Virus record (IMG/VR): IMGVR_UViG_3300044647_001784
Location: 1 to 64,000 of that record
Direction: 5' to 3' (one strand)
DNA length: 64,000 nucleotides
From: a virus
Shown here: piece by piece, positions 57,159 to 64,000 of the stretch
How the letters are laid out: every line of letters begins with the position of its first letter
Position numbering within the stretch: the first letter of the stretch is position 1
Program-made: the position numbers and the translations under genes
Notes under the pieces: generated by a model
Seen by the model: only the letters and a program-made list of their open reading frames with translations
Told to the model about the DNA's origin: nothing
Database searches by the model: none

Positions 57159-57187
57159 TTATATGACTCCTCTTACTGCTTTTTTTG

Positions 57188-57745
57188 TTATGCCTTTAAT
57201 GCTGTTCTTACAAATCTTACTGCGATTTCACCAGAAACAGGGGTGACTCTTAAACTAATTATACCTGAATTTTCTTCAAAGGTATAAGTAAATAGGCTAT
57301 TGTTTGTGTTTGATATGATGTTAGACTCTGATACTAGCATGTCTGATCCAGATTGTGTTGCCGTGATCTCAGATGCATAAACATCTGCTCCCCTTGTAAC
57401 CTGAAGATTATATCTTACTGTTTTCCATGTATTTTTTGCAAATGAATCTACATTAGTTGCATTTTCAATTCCATAAACTGCAAGGTCGTTATTACCTTCT
57501 AGGCCAAGTAGCTCTATTACATTGTCTGTGCTGTTATCTAGGTCTCCTAGAATAGAAACTATATCGTTAATTTTATAGGTTAAAGAATCTGGATCTTGTG
57601 ACCCATCTATTCCTACCTTTATTTGAAGAGCTTCAATTGCATCATTTGCATTTGCATGTTGCTCTGAATGTGATGGCGCTGATAATTGATCAGTGCCGTT
57701 TGGATTAATTAATTCGTCTAGATTGTTTGGATAATTGGTGGCCAT
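57188..57745 (-). CDS. Virion-type protein
   Basis: MATNYPNNLD...HANANDAIEALQ; C-terminal domain resembles that of 55752..57158. Confidence 0.7.
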   Translation of the reverse strand: MATNYPNNLDELINPNGTDQLSAPSHSEQHANANDAIEALQIKVGIDGSQDPDSLTYKINDIVSILGDLDNSTDNVIELLGLEGNNDLAVYGIENATNVDSFAKNTWKTVRYNLQVTRGADVYASEITATQSGSDMLVSESNIISNTNNSLFTYTFEENSGIISLRVTPVSGEIAVRFVRTALKA

Positions 57746-57815
57746 TGGCTACCCCCTTGTGTAAGTCTTGTTACTTAGTCAATTATATCCTACAAATATT
57801 TATAATCCACCAAAT

Positions 57816-58052
57816 TTACCATTTATTTATAGGGCATTGAGCAGCAGAAAGCTTGGTTTTTAACTTCATTATACATCCGCATTTTTTGCATTGTGTAGTT
57901 AAGTCAATGAACTCTGGACAAGACCTACACACGCTATACCTTTGTTCTTGCAATTCATTTGGTGCAAAATCTGTGTTGGGGTTTAACAAATCCCAAGGCC
58001 TAGTGTCACCTAAGTTTTCTTTGTATTTTTCCCATGCACTTTTTTCTGTCAT
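57816..58052 (-). CDS. Small Cys-rich protein (DUF6171-like)
   Basis: RYSVCRSC...QCKKCGC.MKLKT...CPINKW. Confidence 0.7.
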   Translation of the reverse strand: MTEKSAWEKYKENLGDTRPWDLLNPNTDFAPNELQEQRYSVCRSCPEFIDLTTQCKKCGCIMKLKTKLSAAQCPINKW

Positions 58053-58087
58053 AGTTTAACTTTCTAGTGTTGTAAGCTTGTATTATA

Positions 58088-58117
58088 ATTTTAACATAAT
58101 TTACATTAATATGTCAA
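58088..58117 (-). promoter_or_regulatory. Promoter for the Cys-rich gene
   Basis: TTGACA-18nt-TAAAAT with extended TG. Confidence 0.65.
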
Positions 58118-58135
58118 TGTAAGTTTTATATTTGT

Positions 58136-60535
58136 TTATACAGCAAATACTCCTGGTGCTCCGAATGCTGGCGGTGCGAAGAACTCTGGTGGCGCAAAGA
58201 CTGGGTCTGGGTCTGGTTCTGGGAATGCTGGTGGTGTAAAGACTGGTTCTGGATCTGGATCTGGAAATGCTGGTGGTGAAAAGAATCCTGGTGGCGCAAA
58301 GAATGATGGTGGTGCAAATACAGCTGGTGCACATCCTGCTTGGGCTGCGGCTGCTAAAGCGGCAGAAGATGTTGATCGGTATCTCAATACTTCTCGTGCA
58401 CTACTTGGACCTGAAATTACATCTGTTGGAATTGATGAAGCAGTATAAGGACCACTAACAGATGGACTTGAGCCATAATTTCCAGAGTTATTGTTACACA
58501 AAGAATATCCTATATAATAAGTTACTGTTACTGGTGGTGTACATTCCTGAGTTTGTGTTTCAGTATATGCAGTGCATGATCCAGCATGATAGTTTGTTCT
58601 TGTTTTAGTTTGTGTTCCTTCAGAAGAACATGTGCTCCATGCGCTCCATGCACTTGGTGTTGGACATGAAATAAAATCACCGCAGCATTGCTGTCCAACG
58701 CTTATTGCATAAGTTGTAGAGTTACCAAGTAACTGTCTTCCAAGCTCAGCACAGGTATATGCTGCTGCATTTGTTATAGTTCCTGGACATGCTGGTTTTT
58801 CTTGTGGTGGTGGGAAATCTGGGGATGCTTGATACGTAAACTTATTTACTGTAATTGTAGGTATTGGAGATGAATTTACAATAGTTCCAGCAGCGGGGGA
58901 TTGTGAAGAAACTAGTCCTTCTTTTGTATAATCAGTGGTGCCAACTGCTGTTCCTGCTGCAATGTTGTAACTTGATGTGCTAGAAGGATTATATGTTCCA
59001 ACTAGGTTTGGGATTGTATATGTTGTGGGTACGCAAACTGGGGTTCTAGATACTCCTCCAGCAACCTGATTATTTATTCCTGGCTCATCAGCGTTGCAAG
59101 CTGCATTTAATCCTGTAAGAGCTGCGCTGCTATTTGCATAAGTTCCAGTTACTCCAGCCCCATTGCCGCAACAGGCCCAATATTGAACTGGTGAAGTAGG
59201 CTCTTCTGCTTCTTTTGTTGTAGATGCAACTGAGTTACTGCTATATGTTTTTGAGGTAGTATTTAAATCGGTAGTCAATACATAAACAGAAGATGTTATT
59301 GACTTGTTGTCATATTGAGTTGTGTCGCCTAGGCTTAATGTACTTCCAATTCCAAATGGTATGTTGACCCCATCCGCATACCATTCATGAATATAAGAAT
59401 AAATTGAAGAAGAATTACTCCATGTTCCATTTGTTGATGTAAATGATCTTCCAGTTCCAGAAACTGTTGGTGCAACTTGATTTACTGGTAAAGGAACTGA
59501 TGGATATACTATAGGTAATCCTGGGAAAGAAGACCATGATGTTTCAGTAAATCTTGGAGCGGTTCCAGTTACAGTAATTGTGTATGATCCATATGTTGTT
59601 CCGCCAACCCCTATTCTTTCAATCCAATATGAGGTTTGAGAAGGACCTCCAGAAAAATATGAACTAGACTCCATATTACCGTTGTTATATACAATCCATT
59701 CTGTTGGCTGTATTAAATTTAAAGACCAAGACAGGGTTCCTCCATTTGAGCTTGAAGACATAGTCGTTGTAACTCCAGGCTTATTTGGCTTTACATCAGA
59801 AACTGATGCATTAGCACCAATACCTTGAACTGTAGTTCCGCTAATATTAGATGTATTTAGTGGTCTTACTAATAACAAAAGTCCGCCGCTTCCATTTCCA
59901 GTATCTATCTCATATGTATTTACATCTCCAGTAAGCTGTATTTCTCCAGAAGCGGCACCTGAATATTGTATATAAAAATCATTTGCTCCAATTGGCTTTG
60001 TCCAATCTACTTTTATTACTCCATTTGATACTACAGATGCAGATACAACAGAAAGTTTTTGTGGACCTATTAATGGGCTCGGTAAAGTATAGACATCTGG
60101 ATCATTATCTCCAGCAGCATTTGTAGCTGTTACCTTACACCTTACAACATACCCAACATACTTTAAAGTTCTAGTAGAATTCCATTCGTCTTCATCTAAT
60201 TGAAGTGTATTTGATGTCTTGCCTGTAATGTTTGACCAATTATATGAAGACCCAGTCCATGCTGCTTTTTGCCATTGATATTTAAATGAAGTTGGAGAAT
60301 TTTCCCAGACACCGTTTGAAACAGAAACAGTTTCTTGTGCTGCATACCAGAAAGCTCCTCCTTGCAATGAAAGTATAGGAAGCTCTGTGTTTTTTGGTTT
60401 TAAGTCAAGTAGGGATTTCCATTCAGAACCATCCCATATATATGCCGCTTTAGATTCATTCCATGTGCTTCCATCATGAATCTGTACTTTTTTTAAAGGA
60501 TTCCAACTGGAACCGTCAAAAATATTTAGCGGCAT
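58136..60535 (-). CDS. Multidomain surface protein (Ig/FN3-like, PASTA-like, TSP1-like) with C-terminal FAPP repeats
   Basis: GVWENSPTSFKYQWQ and PVNQVAPTVSG...NGTW Ig-like units; IPNLVG...GLVSSQSPAAG; WSAWSTCS; ends FGAPGVFAV. Confidence 0.8.
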   Translation of the reverse strand: MPLNIFDGSSWNPLKKVQIHDGSTWNESKAAYIWDGSEWKSLLDLKPKNTELPILSLQGGAFWYAAQETVSVSNGVWENSPTSFKYQWQKAAWTGSSYNWSNITGKTSNTLQLDEDEWNSTRTLKYVGYVVRCKVTATNAAGDNDPDVYTLPSPLIGPQKLSVVSASVVSNGVIKVDWTKPIGANDFYIQYSGAASGEIQLTGDVNTYEIDTGNGSGGLLLLVRPLNTSNISGTTVQGIGANASVSDVKPNKPGVTTTMSSSSNGGTLSWSLNLIQPTEWIVYNNGNMESSSYFSGGPSQTSYWIERIGVGGTTYGSYTITVTGTAPRFTETSWSSFPGLPIVYPSVPLPVNQVAPTVSGTGRSFTSTNGTWSNSSSIYSYIHEWYADGVNIPFGIGSTLSLGDTTQYDNKSITSSVYVLTTDLNTTSKTYSSNSVASTTKEAEEPTSPVQYWACCGNGAGVTGTYANSSAALTGLNAACNADEPGINNQVAGGVSRTPVCVPTTYTIPNLVGTYNPSSTSSYNIAAGTAVGTTDYTKEGLVSSQSPAAGTIVNSSPIPTITVNKFTYQASPDFPPPQEKPACPGTITNAAAYTCAELGRQLLGNSTTYAISVGQQCCGDFISCPTPSAWSAWSTCSSEGTQTKTRTNYHAGSCTAYTETQTQECTPPVTVTYYIGYSLCNNNSGNYGSSPSVSGPYTASSIPTDVISGPSSAREVLRYRSTSSAALAAAAQAGCAPAVFAPPSFFAPPGFFSPPAFPDPDPEPVFTPPAFPEPDPDPVFAPPEFFAPPAFGAPGVFAV

Positions 60536-60544
60536 TTGGTCTCC

Positions 60545-62191
60545 TTAGTATTGAATGTAGATGTCTCCAGCAGAGTTTCCGCTTGAAGGTGGTGTTATAT
60601 CTGTTCCATAAGTAATTTTATTAATATTTGATCCTGATATACCATTTGTGTATCCAGTAACAACAGTTCCGCCAAGTGCTATCGCTGTTCCATTTATGGT
60701 AATTGAATTATTTTCAAGCATTGTATTTGATATTGCTGGCACAGCAGATGTTAATATCTTACCTGCTGAATCTAGACCAGCATACCCATTGCTTTGGTTT
60801 CTTTCATTTTCTGGCTGATATCCACCAAGTGAGTTTTCTATTCCTTCTATTGCCAAGTCAGTGTAATCATTAGCAGAGGCTAAAGTAGAAGCCAAACCTG
60901 AAGTTAGGTTGATAGCTGTTGCATATCCAGATATTAATGCCCCTGCTGGTATTGTAACTGTACCAGTAAATGTAGGAGAGGCAATTGGTGCAAACCCTGC
61001 AATACTTGCTCCTTCTGGAATTGTTACTGTACCAGTAAATGTAGGAGAAGCAATTGGTGCCTTTAATCCAATTAAAGATGTTAAAGAAGAAGCTGCAGTT
61101 TGATCTTGTGCAATATAATCTGAAATCTCTTTAAGAGTATCAAATGCAGTTGGTGCAGAAGCAATAACTCCTTCAATAGCAGAGACTAAATCTGAAGATC
61201 TTGCTATTGTTTGTGGTATAACAGATTCTAATACCTTGCTATTTGAGTCCAAACCAGCAATTCCACCAGAAGAATTTCTATCTGAAACTGGAATGTAATT
61301 TGTTAATTCTGAAATTGGGACATAATTTGTTAAGCTAGTATTAACTTCTGTTCTTAAATCATCGACTGCTGTTAATGCAGATACAAGCACAGCTGTTCTA
61401 GCATTGTTTGTGGCTGAAATTGCTCTAGCATTAGTAAAATATAAATTGCTGCCTTCTGGAACGTCTGAAGTAGAAGATATGTTTGATATAGGCGGGATAA
61501 AACCTGAAAGTGCTTCGTCTGTATATTCCTTGGCCCCAGCGACTTCTTGATCTACATAGCCTCTTGTTTGTGTAATAAGTGGATTTACTATGTTATTAAC
61601 TCTAGACTCTGTAAAATAAAGTCTTGTTCCTTCTTCTATATCAGATGTGCTTAAAGCATTTATTGATGCTACTGTAAATTCTTCAGCGTCTGCTTTAGCG
61701 GTAACAAGTGCGGCAGCAACTTTGTCTGTTGCATCTATTGCTGCAGCTAGTTTAGCTGCATTTACTTTTGTTGTAGAATCTTGTTTTGCTTCATCTAGTG
61801 CATCATCTGCAGATCCTATTGGGTCAAATAACCCTTGCACTGCATTGACTGCTCTAGGTTCTGAAAAATATAAATTTCCTGATTCTGTAATGTCATTTGT
61901 TGTAATAGAAGACAAAGCATTTTGTATTGCAAGCAGAGCTTCGGAGTCTAATGAAACTTGATCTGGAAGCTGGGATAAAGGAATTTTGCCATCTGAATTT
62001 AATGTAGCAACTCCGTTAGCCATTCCAGGTTTAAGGGCATAAGAAGTTATTGAGTTCCATCTTTGAGTTCCATTGCCTATTTTAAACTTAAGCGTGTCTG
62101 TTTCTATTCCTATTTCACCGTTCAAAAGCAATGGGTTATTTGCTGCCCAGTTTGCTGCAACATCTCTTCTTAATTGAATTTTATATGCCAT
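60545..62191 (-). CDS. Fibre-like protein with Mtd-N-type N-terminus
   Basis: IQLRRD...WAANNPLLLNGEIGIETDTLKFKIGNG; three T.D..EG.NLYF repeats; two APIASPTFTGTVT; ends GDIYIQY. Confidence 0.75.
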   Translation of the reverse strand: MAYKIQLRRDVAANWAANNPLLLNGEIGIETDTLKFKIGNGTQRWNSITSYALKPGMANGVATLNSDGKIPLSQLPDQVSLDSEALLAIQNALSSITTNDITESGNLYFSEPRAVNAVQGLFDPIGSADDALDEAKQDSTTKVNAAKLAAAIDATDKVAAALVTAKADAEEFTVASINALSTSDIEEGTRLYFTESRVNNIVNPLITQTRGYVDQEVAGAKEYTDEALSGFIPPISNISSTSDVPEGSNLYFTNARAISATNNARTAVLVSALTAVDDLRTEVNTSLTNYVPISELTNYIPVSDRNSSGGIAGLDSNSKVLESVIPQTIARSSDLVSAIEGVIASAPTAFDTLKEISDYIAQDQTAASSLTSLIGLKAPIASPTFTGTVTIPEGASIAGFAPIASPTFTGTVTIPAGALISGYATAINLTSGLASTLASANDYTDLAIEGIENSLGGYQPENERNQSNGYAGLDSAGKILTSAVPAISNTMLENNSITINGTAIALGGTVVTGYTNGISGSNINKITYGTDITPPSSGNSAGDIYIQY

Positions 62192-62646
62192 TATGAATTA
62201 CCTCCATCGAGTGATGGTGCATCAAAGTCTTCCGACCCTCCGCCTCCCAAAATCTCTTCCTCTACTACTGTTGTTCCATCAAAAAGACCTGCATCAAACA
62301 ATGTTTCTTCAACAAACGACGGGCTATTAAGATTACTACCAGGCAATCCTCCGTCATATCCAATTATCTCAGGTAAAACAAGTCCAGGAGTATTTGGATT
62401 ATCAAGATTCTTAAAGTCAATTTGATTCTGTATATCTATTGTATGTACATCTCCATCAAATGTGTGGGTGTGCATATAGAATGGAGTTGGATCTGTACTT
62501 GGAGGAGTAAGCTCTATCCAAGTAGTTCCATTGTGAACACGCAAGTTTTTTGTAGTAGTATTTATGTATACTTCTCCAACTTGCCCAAATGCTGGGTCTG
62601 TTGACAAGGCTAATAGCCTTAAAGGTACCAGCATCTGTCTAGACAT
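62191..62646 (-). CDS. Virion-type hypothetical protein
   Basis: DP...GEVYINTTT...HNGTTW module; HTHTFDG; acidic DGG motifs. Confidence 0.65.
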   Translation of the reverse strand: MSRQMLVPLRLLALSTDPAFGQVGEVYINTTTKNLRVHNGTTWIELTPPSTDPTPFYMHTHTFDGDVHTIDIQNQIDFKNLDNPNTPGLVLPEIIGYDGGLPGSNLNSPSFVEETLFDAGLFDGTTVVEEEILGGGGSEDFDAPSLDGGNS

Positions 62647-62648
62647 GA

Positions 62649-63620
62649 TTAGCCTACTACAACTACTCTGTATTCTCCAGCTGATGGAGCGGATGCAAAG
62701 TTGATTGTTACTGAATTAGCATTTGGCCTAAGAACATCTGCCTCAACTTGTGCATATGGTACGGCAGCTTCAAATATTTGAACTGTCACATCTGTTGTTC
62801 CTAAATTGTGTGTAATTGTATAAGATGTTGCAGATGCGCCTAAAGTCTGTGCGAACTTTCTTGCAATATCATGATAGTTTGATCCATTATTTGTTAATGT
62901 CCATTTATCGGATGTTTCGTTCCATAGTATTTCTACATCTGATTCTGTTCCACGCTCTACTACTACTCCAGCATCTGTTGTTGGAGTTCCAGTAAAATTG
63001 CTGTTAAGCTTTACTTTATTATCTTCAATGTTAATCTGTGTTGTATTTACAGAATTAACAGTTCCTATTACATTTAAATTTCCGCCAACTTGTAAGTTGC
63101 CAGCTATCTCAACATTGTCTGGCAAACCAATTGTTACTGCAGCATTATGTCCGCTATTTGGTGAAACAGTAACTTCATTTGCTGTTCCAACAATTGTTTC
63201 TACATAATCACCAGTTGTTTGTTCATCAAGTGGTATGATTAAGTCTACTTCGCCTGCGTTTGTAAGTCTACCTTGTGCATCTACTGTAAATGTAGGAACT
63301 TTCGTTGTTGATCCATAATCTCCAGCTGATACCGATGTATCATCTAAATCTATTGTTGTTGTGCCAGTTGAATCATTATAAGATTTTGTTAGACCAACTC
63401 CGCCATTTATATATGAACCAATAGCATCTTGAATGACTTCTAGTGAACCAGATGTAGAGATCCACTCTGTACCATTCCAGAAGTACATAATGTTGTCTTG
63501 AGAATTGTAATAAATTTGACCTGATACTGGACTCGATGGAGCAGAACCTAAGTTTTGAATTCTAGCATTGAGTAACTCATTCTTGTTTAGATCAACGCTA
63601 ACTAAAAATTTTCTTGCCAT
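62649..63620 (-). CDS. Virion fibre/decoration-type protein
   Basis: GQIYYN...WNGTEW; VDAQGRLT; VNTTQINIEDN; ITHNLGT...YRVVVVG. Confidence 0.7.
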   Translation of the reverse strand: MARKFLVSVDLNKNELLNARIQNLGSAPSSPVSGQIYYNSQDNIMYFWNGTEWISTSGSLEVIQDAIGSYINGGVGLTKSYNDSTGTTTIDLDDTSVSAGDYGSTTKVPTFTVDAQGRLTNAGEVDLIIPLDEQTTGDYVETIVGTANEVTVSPNSGHNAAVTIGLPDNVEIAGNLQVGGNLNVIGTVNSVNTTQINIEDNKVKLNSNFTGTPTTDAGVVVERGTESDVEILWNETSDKWTLTNNGSNYHDIARKFAQTLGASATSYTITHNLGTTDVTVQIFEAAVPYAQVEADVLRPNANSVTINFASAPSAGEYRVVVVG

Positions 63621-63634
63621 TTTTTATCTCCTTT

Positions 63635-64000
63635 TTAGGACAGGTATGCTGTCCCCGAAAATGGCTGAGCCATTGTCAATGTTATTTGGTTAATACTATT
63701 ATAGTCTATTCCAGTTTCTAACAAGTCACCTGAACTTGACTTAACAGAAACATTAGGGTGAAATTGTAAATTATGGGTAATTGATACAGAATATACTCCA
63801 TTTACTGGGCCAGATATTTGGCTCATTTCCCAAGAGTACATATAGGAAACTTGCTTGTCTAAAATAAAGCTGCTGTCCACATCCCAAGAATCTGAGTCCA
63901 ATGATTTTGGCCCCCAAAACCTTGTAGTTAATGTGTCAAAGTAAAAATCTCCTGGGGATCCTAATGAATTTGCTGGATTTCCTTCGCCACTTATTATTGT
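63635..64000 (-). CDS. Virion-type protein, C-terminal part (runs off window end)
   Basis: Frame is open to 64000: TIISGEGNPANSLGSPGDFYFDT...WGPK...ITHNLQFHPNV...FSGTAYLS. Confidence 0.75.
   Translation of the reverse strand, partial: TIISGEGNPANSLGSPGDFYFDTLTTRFWGPKSLDSDSWDVDSSFILDKQVSYMYSWEMSQISGPVNGVYSVSITHNLQFHPNVSVKSSSGDLLETGIDYNSINQITLTMAQPFSGTAYLS

Noticed and set aside
52967-62191. Diversity-generating retroelement suggested by Mtd-N-like domains
   Set aside because: No reverse transcriptase and no template/variable repeat pair with adenine-specific differences is visible. The FGAPGVFAV pair differs only at synonymous sites, not all of them adenines.
1416-63207. All plus-strand ORFs in the track (e.g. 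2579..3241, 41575..42144, 46857..47582)
   Set aside because: Each lies antisense to a well-supported minus-strand gene and shows no recognisable motif.
1-64000. tRNA/rRNA genes, integrase, transposons, or bacterial chromosome origin
   Set aside because: Intergenic gaps are short and explained by promoters or terminators, and no cloverleaf or recombinase was recognised. dnaE/recA/dnaB sit in a phage-style unidirectional operon.
1-64000. Alternative genetic code or stop-codon readthrough
   Set aside because: Core genes are full length under the standard bacterial code, with high coding density.

Overview
This window is 64 kb of a large tailed dsDNA phage genome (siphovirus-type tail module). 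Every credible gene is on the minus strand; the plus-strand ORFs are shadows. In transcription order (right to left) it contains: (1) a block of repeat-rich fibre/decoration-like proteins (~52-64 kb); (2) an operon of five prolyl-4-hydroxylase-like 2OG-Fe(II) oxygenases plus a DUF6065-like gene (47.7-52.0 kb); (3) collagen/S74 and LamG proteins; (4) portal, protease-scaffold, major capsid, neck, major tail, frameshifted tail chaperone, a 3692-aa tape measure and tail-tip genes; (5) a bacterial-type replication/recombination module (metallophosphoesterase, DnaB, DnaG, SSB, DnaE, RecA, Hjc-like and RuvC-like resolvases, Cas4-like exonuclease); (6) small terminase and the start of large terminase. 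Gene order, extended -10 promoters and leaderless genes suggest an actinobacterial host (inference). The strongest candidate new system is two virion-type proteins carrying C-terminal (G/A/S)FFAPP repeats that end in an identical FGAPGVFAV tag, conserved only at the protein level. One lies directly upstream of the oxygenase operon, suggesting phage-encoded post-translational modification of its own surface proteins. The second candidate is the tape measure protein, built from 'xxxGG'-delimited modules that include kinase-like and ADP-ribosyltransferase-like domains. All family calls come from motif recognition by eye; no searches were run.
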